Shown here: in pieces, positions 50,552 through 64,000 of the stretch
Numbering within the stretch: position 1 is the first letter of the stretch
Layout: every line of letters starts with the position of its first letter
NCBI GenBank assembly: GCA_902478995.1
Contig: CABSNF010000001.1
Coordinates: 108 to 64,107 of the forward strand
Origin: an uncultured Collinsella sp.
GTDB taxonomy: Bacteria > Actinomycetota > Coriobacteriia > Coriobacteriales > Coriobacteriaceae
Direction: 5' to 3'
Length of the DNA stretch: 64,000 nt
Translations under genes and position numbers: made by a program
Notes under the pieces: model-generated
What the model saw: only the letters and a program-made list of their open reading frames with translations
Told to the model about the DNA's origin: nothing
Database searches by the model: none

Positions 50552-51943
50552 ATGGCATATGACGATAGGGAGACCGGGCTGACGGTTGAGGACCGCGGCT
50601 CAAAGTTGGGTCTTCCCCAAAACCAAGATGCAGAGGCCAATGTACTGGCCGCTATGCTGCTATCGCCCGAGGTGGTCGAAGAGGCCCAGGTCGAGCTGCA
50701 GCCCGATGACTTCTACCGGCCCATTCATAAGACCATCTATACCGCGATGGTCGATATGTACAACAGCCGCATTCCCATCGACTCCATCTCGCTGATCGAT
50801 TACCTGAGAAGCATCAACAAGCTCGATGCCGTGGGCGGCGAAGCGTACATTTTGGAGTTGATGGGTCAGACCCTGTCGCTCGTCAACTGGCAGCACCATG
50901 CCGCCATCGTTCGCCGCGACTCGATGCTGCGTGAGCTGATCGGCGCCACCAACGAGATCAACGCGCTGGCATATAACGCCCCCACCGACACCAAAGAGGT
51001 CGTGGAGCTGGCCGAGAGCAAGCTGCTCAAGGTTACGGCGCGCGAGGTCAAGTCGAGCTACAAGACGCTGACCGAGTTTATGGTCGAGGCCTATAACGAG
51101 GCCGAGGAAGTGTGCCAGGCCGGTGGCCAGGCTGCGGGCGTGCCCACGGGCTTCCCGTCGCTCGACCGCATGCTCATGGGCTTCCGCGAGGGTCAGCTCA
51201 TCATCATCGGCGCCCGTCCTGCTGTAGGTAAGACGTCGTTCGCTCTGAACCTGGCGCTCAACGCTGCCGCTGCTGGTTATACCGTCGGCTTCTTCTCGCT
51301 GGAGATGTCGGGCAAGGAAATTGCCCAGCGTCTGATTTGCGCCTACGCCATGATCTCGATCAGTGACTTCCGCATGGGCCGCATTAGCCCCGAGCAGTGG
51401 GCCAATATCAACGAGGCCACGCAGACCTTGTCCAAGCTCGATATTCTGATTGACGATACGCCCGGCACCACAGTGACCGAGATTCGCGCCAAGAGCCGCC
51501 GAATGCTCCATAACAAGGAGAAGGCAATCATCATTCTGGACTACCTGCAGCTGGTGAGTCCTCCGCCGGGACGCCGCTCCGAGAGCCGTACCGTCGAGGT
51601 TTCGGAGATGTCGCGTGGTCTGAAGATCATGGCCAAGGAGCTCAAGATCCCGCTCATCGCGCTGTCGCAGCTTTCGCGTCAGGTTGAATCCCGTACCGGC
51701 AAGCGCCCGCAGCTTTCCGACCTTCGTGAATCGGGCTCCATCGAGCAGGACGCCGATATCGTTATGTTCTTGGACCGCTCCGCCGACGAGGCCGAGGCCT
51801 CGCGCGACGATCGACCCGACGAGGGCGTCACGCGTATCGTCGTGGCCAAGAACCGTTCGGGCCCGATCGGCGACGTCGACCTGATGTTCCTGCCGGCATC
51901 CACCAAGTTCTATGAGCTTGATGGGGCACATGCCGAGGAGTAG
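50552..51943 (+). CDS. dnaB: Replicative DNA helicase
   Basis: GARPAVGKT, FSLEM, DYLQL, LSQLSR, DLRESGSIEQDAD, KNRSGP; no intein. Confidence 0.97.
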   Translation: MAYDDRETGLTVEDRGSKLGLPQNQDAEANVLAAMLLSPEVVEEAQVELQPDDFYRPIHKTIYTAMVDMYNSRIPIDSISLIDYLRSINKLDAVGGEAYILELMGQTLSLVNWQHHAAIVRRDSMLRELIGATNEINALAYNAPTDTKEVVELAESKLLKVTAREVKSSYKTLTEFMVEAYNEAEEVCQAGGQAAGVPTGFPSLDRMLMGFREGQLIIIGARPAVGKTSFALNLALNAAAAGYTVGFFSLEMSGKEIAQRLICAYAMISISDFRMGRISPEQWANINEATQTLSKLDILIDDTPGTTVTEIRAKSRRMLHNKEKAIIILDYLQLVSPPPGRRSESRTVEVSEMSRGLKIMAKELKIPLIALSQLSRQVESRTGKRPQLSDLRESGSIEQDADIVMFLDRSADEAEASRDDRPDEGVTRIVVAKNRSGPIGDVDLMFLPASTKFYELDGAHAEE

Positions 51944-52027
51944 GACAGGCGCCCGTTGCACGGGTATACTGGGAATGTTTTGTGCTTCTGCGTGCCGGCG
52001 TGGCGCGTAGACAGTCCATGAATGTAA

Positions 52028-53323
<1,296 letters not shown>

Positions 53324-53441
53324 TCGGGACTATTTGGTTATTGCGATATACCCCTTTGCAGCCCGGACGGGCGGCCGAGGGATATATTTGCTTGCAAAGG
53401 GCTCGCGCGGAGCGGGCCGTTAATCCATAGAGGAGGCACCC

Positions 53442-54746
53442 TTGAAGGCGGACACTCAAACCATCGACATCCTGTTGTTGGGCAGCGGCGGCCGTGAGCA
53501 TGCTTTGGCAGCTAAGCTCGCAGCATCACCGCGCGCCGGCAAGCTCTACATCGCGCCGGGCAACGGCGGCACCGCGAGCTGCGGCGAGAACGTTGTTCTC
53601 GACGACTGCGATCCTGCGGCTGTGGCGGCGTTTGCGCAGAGCCACGGATGCGGACTCGTGGTAATTGGCCCCGAGGCTCCGCTCGTGGCGGGCGTGGCCG
53701 ACGCCGTGCGCGCGGCGGGTATTCCCTGCTTTGGCCCGGGTGCCGAGGGCGCCCAGATGGAGGGCTCCAAGCTGTTCTCCAAGCAGCTCATGGAGCGCGC
53801 GGGTATTCCGACGGCAGCCTACGGCTCGTTTACCGACGAGGCTTCGGCTCTCGCCTACGTGCGCGAGCAGGGCGCCCCGCTGGTCGTCAAGGCCGACGGC
53901 CTTGCCGCGGGCAAGGGCGTTATCGTGGCGACCGAACTTGAGCAGGCCGAGGAGGCCGTGCGCGAGTGCTTTGGCGGCACCTTTGGCGATGCCGGCAACA
54001 CCGTGGTTATCGAGGAGATGCTGACCGGCCCCGAGTGCTCGCTGTTGGCCTTTACCGACGGCAAGACCGTGCGCCCCATGGCCACCTCGCAGGACCACAA
54101 GCGCGCGCTCGAGGGCGACAAGGGCCCCAACACCGGCGGCATGGGCGTCTACAGCCCGGTGCCCATCGTGACCGACGAGGAGCACGCCACCATGGTGAAG
54201 GTCATGGAGCAGACCGTGGCCGAGCTCGCTGCCGAGGGTATCGACTACCGCGGCTGCCTGTACGGCGGCTTTATGCTCACGCCTGCCGGTCCCAAGGTAC
54301 TGGAGTTCAATGCCCGCTTTGGTGATCCCGAGACGCAGGTCGTGCTGCCGCGCCTTAAGAATGACCTGGTCGAGGTCATGCTGGCTTGTGCCAACTGCGA
54401 GCTCGATCAGATTGAGCTCGACTGGCGTGACGAGTGGGCCGTGGCCGTTGTCCTGACGAGTGCGGGTTATCCCGGCAGCTACGAGAAGGGCAAGGTCATC
54501 ACTGGCATTGAGGATGCCGAGGCCATGGAGAACGTGACCGTGTACCACGCGGGCACTGCCGTGGTGGACGGCCAGCTCGTGACCAATGGTGGCCGCGTGC
54601 TTGCCGTGACCGCTCTGGGCGACACGTTCGAGAACGCTCACAACCTTGCCTACGAGGCCTGCGAGAAGATTGATTTTGAGGGCAAGACCCTGCGTCACGA
54701 CATCGGCCTGCGCGCGCTGCGCGGCCGCGACGCCTGGGATGCCTAA
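53442..54746 (+). CDS. purD: Phosphoribosylamine--glycine ligase
   Basis: [45 protein letters not shown]. Confidence 0.97.
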   Translation: MKADTQTIDILLLGSGGREHALAAKLAASPRAGKLYIAPGNGGTASCGENVVLDDCDPAAVAAFAQSHGCGLVVIGPEAPLVAGVADAVRAAGIPCFGPGAEGAQMEGSKLFSKQLMERAGIPTAAYGSFTDEASALAYVREQGAPLVVKADGLAAGKGVIVATELEQAEEAVRECFGGTFGDAGNTVVIEEMLTGPECSLLAFTDGKTVRPMATSQDHKRALEGDKGPNTGGMGVYSPVPIVTDEEHATMVKVMEQTVAELAAEGIDYRGCLYGGFMLTPAGPKVLEFNARFGDPETQVVLPRLKNDLVEVMLACANCELDQIELDWRDEWAVAVVLTSAGYPGSYEKGKVITGIEDAEAMENVTVYHAGTAVVDGQLVTNGGRVLAVTALGDTFENAHNLAYEACEKIDFEGKTLRHDIGLRALRGRDAWDA

Positions 54747-54758
54747 AATCCGAGAGGA

Positions 54759-55463
54759 ATGAGACGGATGGACGAGAAGAACGAAGAGCTCGTGGACGCG
54801 CAGATCGTCGAAGAGGACAGCCGCATGTATGGGCACGCCGAGGGCGAGCCTGGTGGCGAGGTCGCTGACGAGCCGGCGCTGGTGCTGGGCGACGACGACC
54901 CGCACGATGCCGAGCTGCACGAGAAGATTCTTTCGGAGGAGTGCGCCTGGAAGGGCAAGATCCTCGACGTCCACCGTCTTGAGGTTGAGCTGCCCAACGG
55001 TCACCGCAGCGCCCGCGATATCGTTCGCCATCCGGGTGCGGCGGCCGTTGTGGCACTGACCGAGAGCGGCAAGATCGTACTGGTGCGTCAGTACCGCACC
55101 GCCATCGACCGCGTGACGGTCGAGATTCCCGCCGGCAAGCTCGATCCAGGCGAGGACCCACTCGATTGCGCCAAACGCGAGCTGCATGAGGAGACGGGCT
55201 TTAGGGCTGGTCGTATTCGCTTTTTGACGTCGATTGTCACGTCCTGCGGTTTTTGCGATGAGATCATCCACATCTACTTGGCTACCAAGCTCGAGTTTGA
55301 TGCGCCCAACCCCGATGATGACGAGTTTGTCAACGTTGACCTGGTGCCGCTGCACGAGCTGATCGACGCCGTGCTCGACGGCAAGATCGAAGACGCCAAG
55401 ACCGTCGTAGGCGCGCTTGCCTGTGACAGCATCGCGCACCGCCTTGGGGGCACGGAGCTCTAG
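54759..55463 (+). CDS. NUDIX hydrolase (ADP-ribose pyrophosphatase-like)
   Basis: VRQYR, EIPAGKLDPGEDPLDCAKRELHEETG, IEDAKT. Confidence 0.92.
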   Translation: MRRMDEKNEELVDAQIVEEDSRMYGHAEGEPGGEVADEPALVLGDDDPHDAELHEKILSEECAWKGKILDVHRLEVELPNGHRSARDIVRHPGAAAVVALTESGKIVLVRQYRTAIDRVTVEIPAGKLDPGEDPLDCAKRELHEETGFRAGRIRFLTSIVTSCGFCDEIIHIYLATKLEFDAPNPDDDEFVNVDLVPLHELIDAVLDGKIEDAKTVVGALACDSIAHRLGGTEL

Positions 55464-55603
55464 GTTACGCGGTTTTACCAAACCGCGTAACGAGTCGACG
55501 CTGCAAACGCCCCTAAGCGGCAATCTGCCTTTCAATCGTCGCTCGCGTACCGAAGTACGCGTCGCTCCTCTTTCAAGGCACCTTGCTCGCTTAGGGACGT
55601 TTT
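55464..55603. repeat. Intergenic hairpin plus nested imperfect palindrome
   Basis: GTTACGCGGTTT/AAACCGCGTAAC; then CCCTAAGCG...CGCTTAGGG enclosing CGCGTAC-CGAA-GTACGCG. Confidence 0.7.
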
Positions 55604-55710
55604 CGCTGACGTTGCTAGAACATCGGCGTTATGTTTGTTGGGACGCTTTGTTTTCAGCCCGACCGGCTCAACCGGATTTATCACGCTATTTATTTCTCTT
55701 CGAGGACTGC

Positions 55711-57483
55711 ATGTTTAAGAGGTTTCTTTCGTATTACAAGCCCCAGATGGGGCTTTTTGTTGCTGATACTGTTTGTGCTCTGGTGCTTGCCGCCATTGAC
55801 CTGGCGTTCCCCATTATCCTTCGCAATTTGACCGGTGGGCTGTTTACTCAGGGTCAGGCTGCCATTATGCAGGCGCTCGGCATGATCGCGGTGGGCTTGG
55901 TGCTGATGTATGCCGTCCGCTGCGCCTGCCGCTACTTTGTGAGCTATTGGGGTCACGTGATGGGTGCGCGCATGGAGTCCAAAATGCGCGAGGACCTGTT
56001 CGACCAGTATGAGCGCTTTAGCTTTGCGTACTTCGACCGCAACAGCTCGGGCGACATGATGAGCCGCGTGGTCAACGACCTGTTCGATATCTGCGAGGCG
56101 GCGCACCACGTGCCCGAGTGGATCATCATCTGCGGCATCGAGATTATCGGCTCGTTTGTGATCCTCTTTACCATCGCCCCGGTGCTGGCGCTCGCCATGG
56201 CCGTGGTGACGGCGGCGTTTGCGGTCATCATGTTTTGGCAGAACATGCGTATGCGCGAGGTCTTTAGCGACAACCGCAAAAAGATCAGCGGCATCAATGC
56301 GCAGCTGCAGGATTCGCTGGCGGGCATGCGCGTGGTCAAGAGCTTTGCCAACGAGGAGACCGAACGCTTCAAGTTCCGCGCCTCCAACAATCGCTATCTT
56401 TCGTCCAAGGAGAACATGTATCACGCCATGGGCGTCTATACCGCGACGTATGGCCTGCTCTCGGGCGTGCTCTATGTGATCGTGGTGCTGCTGGGCGGCT
56501 GGCTGGTCGCCCAGGGACAGCTGCAGGCGGTCGATATGGCGACCTTTGCACTCTATATTTCGCTGTTCTGCACGCCGCTTGAGACGCTCGTCAATTCGGC
56601 CGAAACGTATCAGAAGGCTATCGCCGGCTTTAAGCGTATGGACGAGGTGCTCTCGACGGCGCCGGATATCCAGGACAAGCCGGGCGCCACTGATCTGCAG
56701 GTGACTGCCGGCGCCGTGGAGTATCACGACGTGTGCTTTAACTACGAGGACGTTGAGCTGGGCGAGGGCTATGCCGACGAGCGACCCGTTATCGACCATA
56801 TGGACCTGTCCATCAAGCCCGGGCAGACCATCGCTTTGGTTGGCCCTTCGGGCGGCGGCAAGTCCACGACCTGTTCGCTGCTGCCGCGCTTTTATGACGT
56901 GGCTACCGGATCCATTAGCATCGACGGTCAGGACGTGCGCGATGTGACGCAGCAGAGCCTGCGCCGCGCCATCGGCCTGGTGCAGCAGGATGTCTACCTG
57001 TTTGACGGTACGATTGGCGAGAACATCGCCTACGGCAAGCCGGGTGCTACGGCAGAAGAGATCTCCGAGGCGGCCCGTCGCGCCAATATCGATACCTTTA
57101 TCGAATCGCTTCCGCAGGGCTACGACACCGTGGTGGGCGAGCGCGGCAGCCGTCTTTCGGGTGGTCAAAAGCAGCGCGTTGCCATCGCGCGCGTGTTTCT
57201 CAAGAACCCCAAGATCCTGATTTTGGACGAGGCGACGAGTGCTTTGGATAACGAGAGCGAGGAGGCGGTGCAGGAGTCGCTCGAAGAGCTGGCACGCGGC
57301 CGCACCACGATTATCATCGCCCACCGTCTTTCGACCATTAAGCATGCCGATGAGATTGCGACCGTTGAGCATGGTCGCGTTGTGGAGCGTGGCACGCACG
57401 AGGAGCTTCTCGCCCGTGGCGGCACCTATGCCCGTTACTATCGAATGCAGTTCGAAGGTGCGCGTGCGCACGAGCTCGACTGA
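55711..57483 (+). CDS. ABC transporter, fused permease/ATPase (exporter)
   Basis: TM domain; GPSGGGKST, LSGGQKQR, ILDEATSALD, IAHRLST. Confidence 0.95.
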   Translation: MFKRFLSYYKPQMGLFVADTVCALVLAAIDLAFPIILRNLTGGLFTQGQAAIMQALGMIAVGLVLMYAVRCACRYFVSYWGHVMGARMESKMREDLFDQYERFSFAYFDRNSSGDMMSRVVNDLFDICEAAHHVPEWIIICGIEIIGSFVILFTIAPVLALAMAVVTAAFAVIMFWQNMRMREVFSDNRKKISGINAQLQDSLAGMRVVKSFANEETERFKFRASNNRYLSSKENMYHAMGVYTATYGLLSGVLYVIVVLLGGWLVAQGQLQAVDMATFALYISLFCTPLETLVNSAETYQKAIAGFKRMDEVLSTAPDIQDKPGATDLQVTAGAVEYHDVCFNYEDVELGEGYADERPVIDHMDLSIKPGQTIALVGPSGGGKSTTCSLLPRFYDVATGSISIDGQDVRDVTQQSLRRAIGLVQQDVYLFDGTIGENIAYGKPGATAEEISEAARRANIDTFIESLPQGYDTVVGERGSRLSGGQKQRVAIARVFLKNPKILILDEATSALDNESEEAVQESLEELARGRTTIIIAHRLSTIKHADEIATVEHGRVVERGTHEELLARGGTYARYYRMQFEGARAHELD

Positions 57484-57502
57484 TTGATATGACAGGAAGT
57501 TT

Positions 57503-58468
57503 ATGGCTGACAAGAACCCTTTGACTCCGGAAGAAGTGACGGAGTTATTCTCCGAAATCGATGCATCCGGCGTCTTGGATCCCACGCTCGCCAAAAAGCG
57601 TACCGAGCGCATGCGTGAGAAGGAGGCTGCGGCCAAGCGCGGTGACAAAGCGGCGCTAGCGCAGCTGCGCAGCGAGGACCGCGCGAGCCAGGCAAAACAT
57701 ATCGACCCGCTGTCCGAGGACGATCCTTCGGGCTCGCAGGTGAGCCATACCATTACGAAGACCGCGATGGCCGTGGTCATCGGTATTTTGGTGCTGATCG
57801 TGGGCATGCAGATTGGCTACGGCGTGATGCGTCGTCTGAACACCGCCAACCTGTCCGAGAGCGTTTCGGTCGATACCGTTTCGACCGCGCTCAAGGGTGG
57901 ACTTGAATGGGGCAACGGCTTTACGCAGTTCCCGCTCGACTTTACCGTCGATGAAGCCGATGAGCGTACGGGCACGGTCGAGGTGACGGTGTTGGACACA
58001 TCGTCTGCCAACGAGCTCGAGCTGCTGTCCAACGGGCAGATCCAGGCCGCGGCGCTTGCGACCAACGCGCTGCTCAACGACAAGATCGACCGCGTGGTGT
58101 ATAACGTTCACGCCTATATCGACGAGGATAGCAACATTCAGCACGATTCCTTCTTTGGCATGTTCCCCGCGCGGGGCCACCAGAGCGCCATTTTGACGTT
58201 CGTGTGGACCAAGAGCTCATCCAACGCCACGAGTATCGACTGGAAGATGCGCATCGTGAGTATGGATGACACCATCGCCGAGCGCATTCAGAAGCAGGTG
58301 AACTCGGTGTCGTCGTTGATTGAGGACCCGGTGGTGAGCCAGACCAAGATTGACGAGGAAAAGGCCGAGCGTGACCTGGAACATCGTCTGCATGGCCGCG
58401 AGATTTTCCGCGGCGGCAAGCCCGATCGCACACCGTCCGAACTGCTGGAGCAGGACAAGAAAAAATAA
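57503..58468 (+). CDS. Hypothetical single-pass membrane protein
   Basis: AGGAAG RBS, one TM helix, host-like codon usage, followed by a terminator. Confidence 0.75.
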   Translation: MADKNPLTPEEVTELFSEIDASGVLDPTLAKKRTERMREKEAAAKRGDKAALAQLRSEDRASQAKHIDPLSEDDPSGSQVSHTITKTAMAVVIGILVLIVGMQIGYGVMRRLNTANLSESVSVDTVSTALKGGLEWGNGFTQFPLDFTVDEADERTGTVEVTVLDTSSANELELLSNGQIQAAALATNALLNDKIDRVVYNVHAYIDEDSNIQHDSFFGMFPARGHQSAILTFVWTKSSSNATSIDWKMRIVSMDDTIAERIQKQVNSVSSLIEDPVVSQTKIDEEKAERDLEHRLHGREIFRGGKPDRTPSELLEQDKKK

Positions 58469-58537
58469 GACGCCATCATCCCGCGTGAGCCACAAGCCCC
58501 GCGGGATGATTTTTTTGGGACGGGGATTAAAAAACAT

Positions 58538-58555
58538 TATGCATAGAAAGTCATA
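58538..58555. promoter_or_regulatory. Possible ARG box upstream of carA
   Basis: TGCAT-AGAA-AGTCA resembles TG(A/C)AT-N4-AT(T/G)CA in an AT-rich promoter region. Confidence 0.4.
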
Positions 58556-58637
58556 ATTATCATTTCGTAAACATTTCGATGAAATTAACGCCATGAGGCA
58601 TGCTTGCGGTTACAATACCGCGAGGCCTAACTACACA

Positions 58638-58670
58638 CCTTTAAGCCGGTCCTGTGAGACCGGGAAGGAG
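58638..58670 (+). promoter_or_regulatory. PyrR-binding RNA element overlapping the carA Shine-Dalgarno
   Basis: CCTTTAA-GCCGGTCCTGTGAGACCGG-GAAGGAG matches the UUUAA...UCCNGNGAG...GAAGG PyrR binding-loop pattern. Confidence 0.75.
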
Positions 58671-58674
58671 AATT

Positions 58675-60114
58675 ATGGCGAACAACCATACCGCGGGCGC
58701 TGCCGCCCGCACCTTCGCGCCCAGCGAGCTTTGCCAGCGTATGCTGGCCAAAACCAGCAAGGGCACCTGCGGTCCCTGCATCCTGTATCTTGAGGATGGG
58801 ACCATTTTTTATGGACGTGCATGCGGCGCCGAGGGCACCGCGACCGGCGAAGTCTGCTTCAACACCTCGCTCGAGGGCTACTTTGAGGTCATGACCGACC
58901 CAAGTTATGCCGGCCAAATCGTAACCATGACCTATCCGCAGATCGGCAACTACGGTATCGACGAGACCGACGTCCAGTCGGCCTTCCCCGGCGACGCCGT
59001 GCGCCCTGCGAGCGCTCCGGCCATGCGCGGCATGATCGTTCGCGACATGTGCGCCACGCCTTCTAACTGGCGCTCGGCCGTTAGCGTGCCGGAGTACCTG
59101 CGCGCTCACGGCATCGTCGCTATCGAGGGTGTCGACACCCGCGCTCTGGTGCGCCATCTGCGCGACAATGGTTCCAAGATGGGCATTATCTCGACCGAGA
59201 TCTTCGACGTCGACGAGCTTGCCGAGCGTCTGGCCGCAGCGCCCACGCTGGTAGGCGAGAACCTGGTCAAGACCGTAAGTTGCCCCGCGCCTCATGAGTT
59301 TGTGGCTGCCGACCTGCCTGCCACGCATGACTTTGCGCTTTCGGCTGCCGCTCCTGCCCGTCACAAAGCGGTCGCCTACGACTGCGGTGTGAAGCGCGGC
59401 ATTCTGGAGGGGCTGGTCCGCGCCGGCTGCGACCTTACCGTCGTGCCGTGGGACACGCCCGCGAGTGAGGTGCTCGACATGAATCCCGACGGCGTCTTTT
59501 TGTCCAATGGCCCCGGCGACCCCGACGCCGTGGTGGAGACCTACGAGCAGGTGCAGCAGCTGATCGGCAAGGTGCCGGTCTTTGGTATTTGTCTTGGTCA
59601 CCAGATGATCAGCCTGGCCTGCGGCGCCCAGATGGAAAAGCTTAAGTTCGGTCACCGCGGTGGCAACCAGCCGGTTATGAACCTGGTAAGCCGCCGTGTG
59701 GAGATCACCGCGCAAAACCATGGCTTTGGCCTGCTGTTCCCCAGCTTGGGCAAGCTTGTCCCCGAGCTTTCCGGCGGCGAGACCGAGCATGCGGCCGATG
59801 GAGATCTGCGCGTCTGGGTGCGCCGCGGAATCGCGCCGGTCGTGATGAACGAGCGCTTTGGCCGCATTCGCCTAACACATGTGAACCTCAATGACGGCAC
59901 CGCCGAGGGCATCCAGCTGCTCGACGCCCCGTGCTTCTCGGTCCAGTATCACCCCGAGGCCTCGCCTGGCCCCACCGATGCCCACTATCTCTTTACCGCC
60001 TTTACGCGACTCATGGACGGCGAGGAGAACTACCTGGACATCGACACCGCGAAGGACCGCCTGGCTGGCTGGAACTTTGCCGAGACCGCCGCGACCGAGA
60101 CCGAGGAGAACTAA
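58675..60114 (+). CDS. carA: Carbamoyl-phosphate synthase small subunit
   Basis: [47 protein letters not shown]. Confidence 0.96.
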   Translation: MANNHTAGAAARTFAPSELCQRMLAKTSKGTCGPCILYLEDGTIFYGRACGAEGTATGEVCFNTSLEGYFEVMTDPSYAGQIVTMTYPQIGNYGIDETDVQSAFPGDAVRPASAPAMRGMIVRDMCATPSNWRSAVSVPEYLRAHGIVAIEGVDTRALVRHLRDNGSKMGIISTEIFDVDELAERLAAAPTLVGENLVKTVSCPAPHEFVAADLPATHDFALSAAAPARHKAVAYDCGVKRGILEGLVRAGCDLTVVPWDTPASEVLDMNPDGVFLSNGPGDPDAVVETYEQVQQLIGKVPVFGICLGHQMISLACGAQMEKLKFGHRGGNQPVMNLVSRRVEITAQNHGFGLLFPSLGKLVPELSGGETEHAADGDLRVWVRRGIAPVVMNERFGRIRLTHVNLNDGTAEGIQLLDAPCFSVQYHPEASPGPTDAHYLFTAFTRLMDGEENYLDIDTAKDRLAGWNFAETAATETEEN

Positions 60115-60115
60115 C

Positions 60116-63430
<3,315 letters not shown>

Positions 63431-63442
63431 TGTGACCTGGTC

Positions 63443-63779
63443 GGTCGGGGCGGAGGGGGCCGAATTTCCCCCTTCGCTCCGGCTGCAAGCAGAGTCGCTC
63501 GGTGGCAAATTCGGCCCCCTCCGCCCCGACCTGCGGTGACTTGGCTGCACCGTGTGCTGCCGAAGGGGCTTTGCGCGATGACTAGGGCTGAATAGAAAAT
63601 GAGTGTGGGCCCTGCCGTTCGAACGAACGGCAGGGCCCACACTAATAATTCAGCCAACGTACGTCATAGCAACCCCCGGTAGGTCGAGGGTGCCCCGCGG
63701 CGGTCTGGTGTTTTCATCTGAACGACTTTGCGAAGCAACCGGAGTGAAGATGAAAACACCAGACCGCCGCGGGGCACCC
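63443..63779. repeat. Three unrelated long perfect palindromes in the carB-purE spacer
   Basis: 25-bp arms 63443-63467/63507-63531; 20-bp arms 63602-63621/63624-63643; 32-bp arms 63688-63719/63748-63779. Confidence 0.9.
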
Positions 63780-63872
63780 GCAGACCGCAGGGACGGGAGC
63801 AGCTATACTACTCTCAGTAGTTAAGGGTCGCGGATTCGCCGCGTCACCGCTCTCAACAGGAGGTCTTTGTTT

Positions 63873-64000
63873 ATGGCAGATCAGAAGCCGGTTGTCGGGA
63901 TCATCATGGGCTCCAAGTCCGATCTGGGCGTTATGGAAGGTTGCACCGCCGAGCTCGAGGCACTGGGCGTGCCCTATGAGCTCGTGATTGCAAGCGCGCA
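63873..64000 (+). CDS. purE: N5-CAIR mutase (5' part, truncated by the window edge)
   Basis: AGGAGG RBS; translates MADQKPVVGIIMGSKSDL...LGVPYELVIASA. Confidence 0.9.
   Translation, partial: MADQKPVVGIIMGSKSDLGVMEGCTAELEALGVPYELVIASA

Noticed and set aside
50552..51943. Intein in dnaB, gyrA or gyrB
   Set aside because: Lengths and motif spacing are normal; no intein motifs
53324..53441. Possible purine or ZTP riboswitch upstream of purD (also checked purC, purA, purE leaders)
   Set aside because: Hairpins are present, but I could not find the conserved aptamer motifs by eye; an Infernal scan would be decisive
55417..55710. 98-aa N-terminal extension of the ABC transporter in the ORF track
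   Set aside because: Runs through hairpin-rich intergenic DNA; a GAGGA RBS supports ATG 55711
59891..60115. Upstream extension of carB overlapping carA
   Set aside because: The canonical MPKRTD start at 60116 has a GAGGAG RBS

Overview
High-GC bacterial chromosome segment spanning the replication origin. Gene content and style suggest Coriobacteriia, probably Collinsella-like (inference; no search run). The core is the conserved origin neighbourhood parB-parA-rsmG-jag-yidC-yidD-rnpA-rpmH | dnaA-dnaN-recF-DUF721-gyrB-gyrA-tRNAs. Gene orientation switches from mostly minus to mostly plus at about 29 kb. Around the core are purC, purB, purA, purD, partial purE, carAB, rpsF-ssb-rpsR-rplI-dnaB, typA, ddl, rlmN, a two-component system and 7 tRNA genes. 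The most unusual features are: (1) a Vsr/DUF559-like nuclease gene bracketed by 80-bp inverted repeats that are each a hairpin, with no transposase in the window; (2) a shared hairpin element downstream of two unrelated tRNAs (Lys, Gly), bounded by T-arm and 3'-end copies of the host tRNA; (3) a GHKL-ATPase/winged-HTH gene inside the origin, between a DnaA-box cluster and dnaA, together with non-canonical TTTTCAACA boxes; (4) a tandem WYL pair convergent on an exonuclease-DinG gene; (5) a split, probably inactive M28 peptidase; (6) a thioester-domain LPxTG adhesin; (7) several long perfect intergenic palindromes. No CRISPR array, rRNA, integrase or transposase was recognised. All family assignments come from motif recognition by eye, not database searches.
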